Source: Casimicrobiaceae bacterium
Lineage (GTDB): Bacteria; Pseudomonadota; Gammaproteobacteria; Burkholderiales; Casimicrobiaceae
DNA length: 64,000 nucleotides
Assembly (NCBI GenBank): GCA_036382945.1
Contig: DASVPH010000030.1
Location: forward strand, 7,387-71,386
Reading direction: 5' to 3'
Below are positions 17,994 to 26,170 of this stretch, in pieces (positions within the stretch are counted from its first letter, which is position 1; every line of letters begins with the position of its first letter). Below the pieces are notes generated by a model. The model was not told the DNA's origin. It saw nothing but the letters and a program-made list of their open reading frames with translations, and searched no databases. A program made the translations under genes and the position numbers.

Positions 17994-20342
17994 CTATGCG
18001 GTCGCGGCAGCGGACTGCCGCGAGCGCCGCGTAACCAGGCGCGCCATCGCACGGTCGAACAGCGGGACGGCTTCGATCGCGAGCACGGCATGGCCGTTCC
18101 GGAACGCTTCGGTGAGGCTCTCGGGCGTGTGCACGAACGCGGTGGTTCCGTCGCGATGCGTGAACAACAGGCGCCGGCGCTGCGGCGCGCGCCAGGCGAG
18201 CCGCGCCAGGACCGGCTCGCTTTCGCTTCTGAATTCCACCCAGTCGCCGCGCACCAGCGAGAACACCTGCTCGTCGTGCTCGTCGGGCTCGGCTGGGGGC
18301 GGCGCGATGGCGGCGAGGGTTGCCATGGTGGCGACCGCCGGCGCCGGCGCGGCCGGGGCGGCGCCGGCGGGCTCGGCTGCGGCTTTGAGCGAGCGCACGT
18401 GCAGATCGAACAGGCACGCCATGAGCGCCTGCCGGCGGGCCTGCGCATCGTTCTCCGGCGACCAGTCGCGGTCGATGCGCTTGAGCAGCGCCGGCAGGAG
18501 GCTCGCCAGCTTCTTGCGCGCCGCGTTGCTCGTCTTCGGCGTGATGCTCCACAGCAGCTCCTCGATCATCGCGAGCTCGCCTTCCCACGCGTAGCCCTCG
18601 GGCCCATCCTTGAGGCAGATCGCGGAGAGCCGCCCGACGCATTCGTGGTCGAGGAACGCGCGGATCTCGGGCGGCACCGGGCGTCCGGCAAGCCGCGCAT
18701 CGATCGCCGCCTGCGCTTCCGCGCGCGCGTCGGCGCGTTCGTCCTGCGCGATCAACGGCGGCACGGCTTCGGCGAGCCGCGCATTGACCTCGGCCCGCTC
18801 GGCGTCGAGAAAGGCGTCGAGCTCGCTCAGCGCGGCGTCGAAGATGGCTGGATCGCCGTCGAAGTCGTCCCGAATCTCCTCGGCGAGGCTGCGGGCGAGC
18901 TCGATCAACGCGCGACCGCGCTCGGTTCCGGGTTGCAGGTCGACCGAAGCCTGCGCCAGGGAGTCGAAGAAGCGGCGCGCGGGGTGACGCGGCTGCGAGA
19001 CCAGCCGCGGGTCGAGGAGCGCGGCCCGGAGCAAGGGAATCTGCAGGCGCCCGAACACCGCCTTGATCTCGTCGGGCAGATACCGATCGTCGAACACGGA
19101 CTCGAGCACACCCGCCACGACGTCGATCGAGGCGCGCGCCGCGGGCGAGCCGGTCTTGCCTTCGAACGCCGCTCTCAGCGCGGGCAGCTCGTTGGCGCTC
19201 CCGCTGCGCAACGCTTCACGATCGATGCCCGAGAGCTCCGGCAACCCCGGTGCGAGCGGCTGGCCGCGTTGCAGGCTGCCGAGCGCCGCGACGAGCGCCG
19301 ACCAGAGCAGCGTATTCTGCTGGCGGGCCCACTCCTCGGCACTCGCCGCCCAGGCGCGCCCGGAGCGGGTCGTTGCGCCGGCGGCCGGCCACATCGATCC
19401 GGGCCCCGCACCGAGCCTGCCCGGCGCAACGCCTCCCGGCGCCGGCGCCCCGACGCGGGCGAACGACGCGGTCGGTTGGGCGCTTGCGCTGGCGCCCAGG
19501 AGCTGCACCAGCCGCTCGAACAGCGCATGGCTGTCGGTCTCCTGCGGTATCGGCGCGCCGCTTCGCGCGCGGGTGCGCACGCGCAGCATCGGGAGCACGT
19601 CGCGGTCCTGCAGCAGCACGTTGAGCTCGCGGTGAAGCGCGGCGACTTGCGGCGTAGTCGCGCGCACGAGACGCTCCATGATCGATCGCCACAGGCCGTC
19701 CTTCGGCCAGAGCTCGCGGCAGGCGCTGCCGAACGCGTCGCAGATGTAGTCCGCGCTCCAGGGATTGTCGAACGTACCGGCGGGCGCCGGCGGCTGGCGC
19801 AGGATCAGGCGCACCCGGAAGTCGAGCGCGAAGGCCTCCTCCAGCGTCGCCTCGCGCATCGCCTTGACCGCGCCCTTGAGCGCGATTTGCGCGGAGTGGT
19901 CGCCGTAGTCGACGATCGCGAGTTGCGCTGACTTGTCGCCCTGGGTGCGAGGTCGCGGCTTGCCTTCGCGACGGCGCTGGAAGGCCTGGTGGAACGCCGC
20001 CCGGAAGCGCGGTATGAACTCGCTACGCTGCTCGAGGACGGCTCGCGCGATCCTCTCGTCCAGGGTGCGGGCCTGCGGCGTGAGCAGCGCGGCGTCCGGC
20101 GCGGTCGCCGTCGCGTCGGTGGGATCTTCGTCATCCTCGCCGGCCGCGCCCTGCAGGCGTTGCAGCGCGCGCCAGATCGCGGCGTCGAGTCGCTTGTGGG
20201 TGAGCGCGAGACACTCCCGCAGCAAACCCTCCGCTTCGACCGGACCGACCTCGCGCGAACCCTGCACCTCGACGACGAGCCGCTCGGGTGGTGCTCCGTC
20301 GGATGTGGCATCGGCCGCCATGCAATGTCCCGAACCAAACAA
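17994..20342 (-). CDS. DUF1631 family protein
   Basis: 782 aa. Layout (LLRECL..THKRL near the N-terminus, C-terminal GDWVEF....LARLAWR....LLFT.R.G) matches my memory of DUF1631. An alternative ATG lies at 20321. Confidence 0.65.
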   Translation of the reverse strand: MFGSGHCMAADATSDGAPPERLVVEVQGSREVGPVEAEGLLRECLALTHKRLDAAIWRALQRLQGAAGEDDEDPTDATATAPDAALLTPQARTLDERIARAVLEQRSEFIPRFRAAFHQAFQRRREGKPRPRTQGDKSAQLAIVDYGDHSAQIALKGAVKAMREATLEEAFALDFRVRLILRQPPAPAGTFDNPWSADYICDAFGSACRELWPKDGLWRSIMERLVRATTPQVAALHRELNVLLQDRDVLPMLRVRTRARSGAPIPQETDSHALFERLVQLLGASASAQPTASFARVGAPAPGGVAPGRLGAGPGSMWPAAGATTRSGRAWAASAEEWARQQNTLLWSALVAALGSLQRGQPLAPGLPELSGIDREALRSGSANELPALRAAFEGKTGSPAARASIDVVAGVLESVFDDRYLPDEIKAVFGRLQIPLLRAALLDPRLVSQPRHPARRFFDSLAQASVDLQPGTERGRALIELARSLAEEIRDDFDGDPAIFDAALSELDAFLDAERAEVNARLAEAVPPLIAQDERADARAEAQAAIDARLAGRPVPPEIRAFLDHECVGRLSAICLKDGPEGYAWEGELAMIEELLWSITPKTSNAARKKLASLLPALLKRIDRDWSPENDAQARRQALMACLFDLHVRSLKAAAEPAGAAPAAPAPAVATMATLAAIAPPPAEPDEHDEQVFSLVRGDWVEFRSESEPVLARLAWRAPQRRRLLFTHRDGTTAFVHTPESLTEAFRNGHAVLAIEAVPLFDRAMARLVTRRSRQSAAATA

Positions 20343-20561
20343 GGGCGGCGGGGGAGCGACGCGCCGGAAATGAGCCGCCGCCCTTCCTTGGACAGCTTAG
20401 GCGCTCGCCCGCGGCCCCGCAAGCCGGCCGAAGCCGTTCGCCGGAAAGACCCGACGGCGCTCGCCTGCGGGATATCTCCCCGCACATGAGCGAGGCGAGC
20501 TTTACACAACGCGCTCGCCCTCACAGAATACCGCCAGACCCTGTCCGCCTCGCCCGCGCCC

Positions 20562-21554
20562 TTGCTCGACCCGACCGTCAAGCCGAGCTCCATCGCCAGC
20601 TATCTCGACCAGTACGTGATCGGTCAGGACGAGGCGAAGAAGACCGTCGCCGTGGCGGTCTATTCGCACTTCAGGAAGATCGCGCAGTTGCGGCGCGACG
20701 ACACCCCGATGTTCAAGAGCAACATCCTGCTCATCGGCTCCTCGGGAACCGGCAAGACCCTGCTGTGCAACACGCTATCGAGCTTCCTCGGAGTGCCGTT
20801 CGTGACCGCGGAAGCGACCTCGCTCGCGCAGACCCGCTATGTCAACGAGGAGATCGAGGCGATCCTGCAGCGGCTCGTCGACAAGGCGAACGGCGATATC
20901 GCGCACGCGCAGCACGGCATCGTCTTCATCGACGAGATCGACAAGCTCAAGGCGATCGATGGCGAGCCGCGCGGCACCTCCGGCGAGAGCGTGCAGCACG
21001 CGCTGCTCAAGATCATGGAAGGCGCGCCGGTCAAGCTCCCGGGCGGCCAGTACATCGACACCACCGACATTCTGTTCATCTGCGGCGGGGCCTTCGTGGG
21101 CTTGGACGAGATCATGTCGCAGACGCACGGCTACGGGTTCATCGCCACCTCTAGCGCGGACAACCAGAAGATCCTGGACCGGCTCAACTCGCGCGTGAAG
21201 CCGACCGATCTGTTCACCTTCGGGCTGATCCCTGAATTCACCGGCCGGCTGCCGGTCGTGGCGCATTTCCAGGATTTGAGCCGGAAGATGCTGGTGCGGA
21301 TCATGACCGAGCCCAAGAGCTCGATCTACAGCCAGTTTCGCGAGATCTTCCGCACCGAGAACGTCGAGCTCGTCGTCAAGCCGCTGGTGTTCGAGCAGAT
21401 CGCCGAGATCGCGTTCGAGTACAAGACCGGCGCGCGGAGCCTGCGCGGAATCTTCGAGGAGCTGCTCACCCCGATCCTCTACGTCGTTCCCGACAACCCG
21501 GCGATCAGCAAGGTGGTCATCACCTCGATGTTTACCGAGCCGACCTACTCGTAG
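20562..21554 (+). CDS. ClpX-like AAA+ ATPase lacking the zinc-binding domain
   Basis: It aligns by eye to ClpX from [14 protein letters not shown] onward, with Walker A GSSGTGKT, Walker B VFIDEIDK and GARSLR. TTG is the only canonical start after the in-frame stop at 20487-20489. Confidence 0.8.
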   Translation: MLDPTVKPSSIASYLDQYVIGQDEAKKTVAVAVYSHFRKIAQLRRDDTPMFKSNILLIGSSGTGKTLLCNTLSSFLGVPFVTAEATSLAQTRYVNEEIEAILQRLVDKANGDIAHAQHGIVFIDEIDKLKAIDGEPRGTSGESVQHALLKIMEGAPVKLPGGQYIDTTDILFICGGAFVGLDEIMSQTHGYGFIATSSADNQKILDRLNSRVKPTDLFTFGLIPEFTGRLPVVAHFQDLSRKMLVRIMTEPKSSIYSQFREIFRTENVELVVKPLVFEQIAEIAFEYKTGARSLRGIFEELLTPILYVVPDNPAISKVVITSMFTEPTYS

Positions 21555-21622
21555 CGGCGCGAGCGAGCGCCGGGAAACACTCCCCGCATGGCACAATCGC
21601 TGCTCCTCGAAAAAGGAGCGCG

Positions 21623-22846
21623 ATGAAGCAACCCGAGAACGAAGCAGAAGGCCGCCACGCCTGGCTGCGCCTGGCGGTGAGCCTTGCGCTGTCGACCATC
21701 GGCGGCGTAGGCATGTGGTCCGTCGTCGTCGCGCTTCCCGCCGTGCAGGCCGAATTCGGGGTCGCGCGCGGTGCGGCGTCGCTGCCCTACACGCTGACCA
21801 TGATCGGCTTCGGTCTGGCGAGCGTCGTCCTCGGACGGCTCGCGGATCGCTTCGGCATCATGCTGCCGGTGATCGCGGCGACGCTCGCACTCGCGCTTGG
21901 GTTCGAGGCCGCGGGTGCGGCGGGGAGCCTGTGGCAGTACGCGCTCGCGCAAGGCCTGTTGATCGGTGCCGGCAGCGCGGCAACCTTCGCGCCGCTGCTC
22001 GCGCACATCTCGCTCTGGTTCGTGCGCCGACGCGGTATCGCCGTGGCGATTTTCGCGAGCGGAAACTATCTCGCGGGCGCGCTGTGGCCGCCGATCGTGC
22101 AGCAGCTCATCCAGAGCGAGGGCTGGCGCCACACGTACGTCGCCATCGGCGTGTTCTGTGTGGCGACCATGGTCCCGCTCGCGCTGCTGCTGCGGCGCCC
22201 GCCGCCGGTCGTCGAGCTCAAGCCTTCGGCCGCGCGCGCCGGCTCGACCGTGCACGCCGGCACGCTCGGCCTGTCGAGCCGGGGCCTGCAGGCGCTCCTG
22301 ATCGTCGCCGGTGTGGCCTGCTGCGTGGCGATGTCGATGCCGCAGGTGCACATCGTCGCCTACAGCAGCGACCTGGGCTACGGTCCCGCGCGCGGTGCGC
22401 AGATGCTCTCGCTGATGCTCGCCAGCGGGATCGTGAGCCGGCTCGCCTTCGGCTTCATCAGCGACCGGATCGGGGGACTGCGCACGCTGGTGCTCGGCTC
22501 GAGCCTGCAGGGCCTCGCGCTGCTGCTCTTCCTGCCCTTCGACGGCATGGTGTCCCTGTACGTGATCTCGGGGCTCTTCGGTCTGTTCCAGGGCGGCATC
22601 GTGCCGAGCTACGCGATCATCGTGCGCGAGTATTTTCCGACGCGCGAGGCGGGGGCGCGGGTAGGCGCGGTCATCACCGCCACGCTCCTCGGGATGGCGC
22701 TGGGCGGCTGGGTGTCCGGCGCGATCTTCGACCTCACCGGCTCCTATCGCGCGGCGTTCATCAACGGGCTCGCCTTCAACCTGCTCAACGTTTCGATCGC
22801 GCTGTTTCTGCTGCGCCGGGCCACGGCGCGACCTGCGTTCGCCTGA
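21623..22846 (+). CDS. MFS transporter
   Basis: 407 aa, about 12 hydrophobic segments, with the GRLADRFG motif after TM2. Confidence 0.85.
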   Translation: MKQPENEAEGRHAWLRLAVSLALSTIGGVGMWSVVVALPAVQAEFGVARGAASLPYTLTMIGFGLASVVLGRLADRFGIMLPVIAATLALALGFEAAGAAGSLWQYALAQGLLIGAGSAATFAPLLAHISLWFVRRRGIAVAIFASGNYLAGALWPPIVQQLIQSEGWRHTYVAIGVFCVATMVPLALLLRRPPPVVELKPSAARAGSTVHAGTLGLSSRGLQALLIVAGVACCVAMSMPQVHIVAYSSDLGYGPARGAQMLSLMLASGIVSRLAFGFISDRIGGLRTLVLGSSLQGLALLLFLPFDGMVSLYVISGLFGLFQGGIVPSYAIIVREYFPTREAGARVGAVITATLLGMALGGWVSGAIFDLTGSYRAAFINGLAFNLLNVSIALFLLRRATARPAFA

Positions 22847-22851
22847 GGCAC

Positions 22852-23559
22852 TTACGCGCACCGCAGCCGGTCGGCGAGCGCGACGATGCTCTCGACCGAG
22901 AGCCCAACCGGCACGCTCGCGCGACGCTCGCCTTTGCCCCGGCCATGCTCGTTCGGGCGCGCGACGAACGCGGTGCGTAGCCCGCTTGCCGCAGCTGCCG
23001 CGAGATCGGAGGAATGCGCGGCGACCATCATCGCTTCCTGCGGCGCGCAGTCGAAGGCGGCTGCGGCAGCAAGGTAGACGATCGGCTTCGGCTTGTAGTC
23101 GCGCGCGATCTCGGCGCCGAGGATTGCATCCCAGTTCCAGCCGTTGCGTCGCGAGAGATCGACCATGAGCGAGATGTTGGCGTTCGAGCAGGGTGCGATC
23201 CGGAACTTCACGCGCAAGCGCGCGAGTCCCGCCGCCGTGTCGGGCCAGGCGTCGAGACGATGCCAGGCGAGGTTGAGCTCCGCGCGCGCGGCTTCGTCGA
23301 TGCGGCCGAGCCCGAAGCGTTCGAGCACCCGGTCGAGATTGCGCCGATGCAGGAGATCGAGCTTGGAAAACGGCGCTCGGCCGCTGCGCACTTCGTCCAT
23401 CGCCGGCTGATACTCGCCACGCCAGGCATCGGCGAACGCCTCCCAGTCGACGGCGACGCCGAGCGGCGAGAGGATCGATTGCGCTTCCCGGGCGACCGAG
23501 CCGCGCCAGTCGACCAGCGTCCCGAAGACGTCGAATAACAGCGCCTTGACGTTTTCCAT
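22852..23559 (-). CDS. haloacid dehalogenase, type II
   Basis: Start at MENVKALLFDVFGTLVDW (nucleophile Asp motif). SNAN...KPKP...AAHSSDL are HAD-II-like motifs. Confidence 0.85.
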   Translation of the reverse strand: MENVKALLFDVFGTLVDWRGSVAREAQSILSPLGVAVDWEAFADAWRGEYQPAMDEVRSGRAPFSKLDLLHRRNLDRVLERFGLGRIDEAARAELNLAWHRLDAWPDTAAGLARLRVKFRIAPCSNANISLMVDLSRRNGWNWDAILGAEIARDYKPKPIVYLAAAAAFDCAPQEAMMVAAHSSDLAAAAASGLRTAFVARPNEHGRGKGERRASVPVGLSVESIVALADRLRCA

Positions 23560-23715
23560 GAGCACGCTTCGTCCGGGCAGGCTCCATTGTTGCACCATGC
23601 GGGTCCGATGGGGTATCCCGGGCGACGGTGAATCCGGCACCGAAGGCCGCGCTCCTGTTGTCGCGTCACGATCGCGCTTTCCGCAGGTGAGCCGCTTGAG
23701 GCAGAATAAGCGTCC

Positions 23716-23997
23716 ATGGTCGTCGACAACGACACCGCGCATCACCGCTTCCTGGTGCGCCTGCCCGAGGGCGAGGGCGAGCTCGTCTACCATCGGCTCG
23801 CGCCGCACACGCTCGAGCTCGTCCACACCGGAGTCGATCCGAACCTGCGCGGACGCGGCGTCGCCGAGGCGCTCGCCGAGACGGCAATCGCCTACGCGCG
23901 CGGGCACGCAATGCGTATCGTCGCGACCTGTCCGTACGTCCAGCGCTGGCTCGCGAAGCATCCCGAGCACAACGACCTGGTCGTCGCGCGCGCTTGA
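23716..23997 (+). CDS. GNAT family N-acetyltransferase (YjdJ-type, ~90 aa)
   Basis: HRF.....G....Y........L.HT.V...LRGRGVAEALA..A...AR......V..CPYV fits the short GNAT type. Confidence 0.75.
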   Translation: MVVDNDTAHHRFLVRLPEGEGELVYHRLAPHTLELVHTGVDPNLRGRGVAEALAETAIAYARGHAMRIVATCPYVQRWLAKHPEHNDLVVARA

Positions 23998-24013
23998 GGC
24001 GCCGGCAGCGCTT

Positions 24014-24727
24014 ATGCCCACCGAGCTTCTGTTTCGCGACGACGCGTATCTGCAGACCACGCACGCGCTGGTCGTCGCCGTGCACCAGGGCGGCATCGAG
24101 CTCGACCGCACGATCTTCTATCCGCTGGGCGGCGGCCAGCCGGGAGACACGGGCGCGCTGGTGCGCGCCAACGGCGAGCGCATCGTGATCGTCGATACCC
24201 GCAAGGGCGAGGCGGTCGACACGGTGCTGCACCTCCCGGCGCCATCGATGCCGCGGCCGGAAGTCGGCGAGACGCTGACCCTCGAGATCGACTGGCCGCG
24301 CCGCTACGCCCTGATGCGGCTGCACACGGCGCTGCACGTGATGTCGTGCGTGGTAGTCGCGCCGGTGACCGGCGGCAACATCGCGCCGGACAAGGCGCGG
24401 CTCGATTTCGACATCGACATGAGCCTGCTCGACGCCGCGAAGATCGAGGGCGAGACGAACGCGCTGATCGCCCGCGGCGTCGAGACCGAGACGGTCTGGA
24501 TCACCGACGAGGAGCTCGACAATCGGCCCGGGCTGGTGAAGACGATGAGCGTGCAGCCGCCGCGCGGTGCAGGACGCGTGCGGCTGCTCAGGATTCCCGG
24601 CATCGACCTGCAACCCTGCGGAGGCACGCACGTGCGCAACATCGCGGAGATCGGCGGCATCCGCGTGCTCAAGATCCGGAGCGAAGGCCGGCGCAACCGC
24701 CGGGTGGAGATCGCTCTCGCCGGCTGA
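24014..24727 (+). CDS. alanyl-tRNA editing protein (AlaX-like)
   Basis: YPLGGGQPGD plus zinc motifs HTALHV and CGGTHV of the Ala/Thr-tRNA synthetase second additional domain. Confidence 0.85.
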   Translation: MPTELLFRDDAYLQTTHALVVAVHQGGIELDRTIFYPLGGGQPGDTGALVRANGERIVIVDTRKGEAVDTVLHLPAPSMPRPEVGETLTLEIDWPRRYALMRLHTALHVMSCVVVAPVTGGNIAPDKARLDFDIDMSLLDAAKIEGETNALIARGVETETVWITDEELDNRPGLVKTMSVQPPRGAGRVRLLRIPGIDLQPCGGTHVRNIAEIGGIRVLKIRSEGRRNRRVEIALAG

Positions 24728-24755
24728 CGCCGGTTCGACGCTGCGCGGGCAGAGC

Positions 24756-25571
24756 GTGACGGATCTCAATCCACAGGCCAAGCAAATGGCCGACGAGTCG
24801 ATGGTGCGCAACCTCGCGGCCCAGGCGCGCGCCATCTGGCCGCAGGAAGTCCCGTTGCTTTCGCGCTACGCTCTCCCCGCGCAGCCCAGCATTCTCGACG
24901 CCGGCTGCGGCACGGGAGAAGCCGCGTCGCGTCTGGCCGAGCTCTTCCCGACCGCCCGCGTGCTCGGCGTCGACATCATCGATGCGCATCTCGACCTCGC
25001 GCGCTCGCGCTACGCGCGCCTCGCGCCGCGGCTCGCCTTCGAGCACCAGAGCGTGTACGGCCTCGACGCCGCGGACGCGAGCTTCGATCTCACCGTGTGC
25101 CGCCACGTCCTCCAGTCGATTCCGCATCCGGAGCGCGTGCTCGCCGAGCTCGTGCGCGTGACGCGACGCGGCGGCCATCTGCACGTGATCGCCGAGGACT
25201 ACGGCATGCTGCATTTCCAGCGAGGCGCGCTCGAGCCGAGGGATTTCTGGCACGTGGCGCCCACGCACTTCGGAGCCGCGACCGGCACGGATCTGTTCAT
25301 CGGCCGCAATGCGTTCGGCATGCTAGCCGCGCTCGGGCTCGAGGCGATCGCCGTCGACTACATCATCGTCGATCCGTTGCACGTTCCGCGAGAAACCTTT
25401 GCCCAGATCATCGAGGCCTGGCGCGACGGCTATGTCGACTCGATCAGCGAGCTCACGCCGATCAGCCGCGACTCCGCGCTCGCCTACTTCGAGCAGATGA
25501 TCGCCAATATCCGCGATCCGCGCGGCTACGCGGTGTGGATGGTGCCGGTGTGGAGCGCGCGGGTGCTATAA
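24756..25571 (+). CDS. class I SAM-dependent methyltransferase
   Basis: SAM motif ILDAGCGTGEA. A GTG start at 24756 is favoured from homologue memory, with ATG 24786 as the alternative. Confidence 0.8.
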   Translation: MTDLNPQAKQMADESMVRNLAAQARAIWPQEVPLLSRYALPAQPSILDAGCGTGEAASRLAELFPTARVLGVDIIDAHLDLARSRYARLAPRLAFEHQSVYGLDAADASFDLTVCRHVLQSIPHPERVLAELVRVTRRGGHLHVIAEDYGMLHFQRGALEPRDFWHVAPTHFGAATGTDLFIGRNAFGMLAALGLEAIAVDYIIVDPLHVPRETFAQIIEAWRDGYVDSISELTPISRDSALAYFEQMIANIRDPRGYAVWMVPVWSARVL

Positions 25572-25682
25572 GACTGCTCGATCGTCACGCGATTTGTAAG
25601 TCTCAGTCCGACAGGTCTCCCGGGAACCTCTCCCGCCAACGCCGGCCTCAACTTCCGGGACGATCCCGATAGGAGGTTGCCC

Positions 25683-25835
25683 ATGAAGGTGGTTGTGAGA
25701 ACTCTCCTCGCCGCGCTGGTGCTCGGCGTACTCGCCGGTTGCGCCACGACGACGACGATCGATGCTCCGTACTACCACTATCGCGGCTACATCGGTCCGG
25801 ACGGCATCGATTACCGGTTCAGCAATCGATACTGA
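25683..25835 (+). CDS. small lipoprotein (50 aa), absent from the ORF track
   Basis: AGGAGG lies 6 nt upstream of the ATG. Sequence is MKVVVRTLLAALVLGVLAGC|ATTTTIDAPYYHYRGYIGPDGIDYRFSNRY with lipobox LAGC. A terminator follows. Confidence 0.55.
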   Translation: MKVVVRTLLAALVLGVLAGCATTTTIDAPYYHYRGYIGPDGIDYRFSNRY

Positions 25836-25860
25836 TCGCGGAGACTGATTCGCTCAAAGT

Positions 25861-25887
25861 AACGGCCGCGTGTGTTGCCGTTTTTTT
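25861..25887 (+). terminator. intrinsic terminator
   Basis: AACGGC-cgcgtgtgtt-GCCGTT followed by TTTTTTT. Confidence 0.5.
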
Positions 25888-25888
25888 G

Positions 25889-26149
25889 GTTCTTCGCCGA
25901 ATTGCCTGGACCCCGGTTCGTGCACAGCGGCGAACGCTACGGCACGACGCGGCAATGCGCTGAACTGCTGGGCCTGAGCGCGTTGTGGCGCAGTCGTCGT
26001 TAAGCGGGTGGCTCGTGCGCGGCCATTCATGTGTTTAGTGGCCGCCGCGAGCCGGACCCGCTCGACGACGTGCTTTGCGCCACCACGCGCGAAGGCCCAG
26101 CGGCTCACCGCCTACGTAGCGAGATTGTTTCCGGAATTCGGCGAAGAAC
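25889..26149. repeat. 261-bp segment bounded by 15-bp perfect inverted repeats
   Basis: GTTCTTCGCCGAATT at 25889-25903 pairs with AATTCGGCGAAGAAC at 26135-26149. Both outer flanks are T-runs. Confidence 0.4.
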
Positions 26150-26170
26150 TTTTTTGCGCTTGCTCCGCTG

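Noticed and set aside
18090-19931. 613-aa plus-strand ORF.
   Set aside because: It is antisense to the DUF1631 gene. It is low-complexity and Arg-rich, with no start context.
21545-23587. 680-aa minus-strand ORF.
   Set aside because: It is antisense to the MFS transporter and out of frame with the haloacid dehalogenase. It is extremely Arg-rich.
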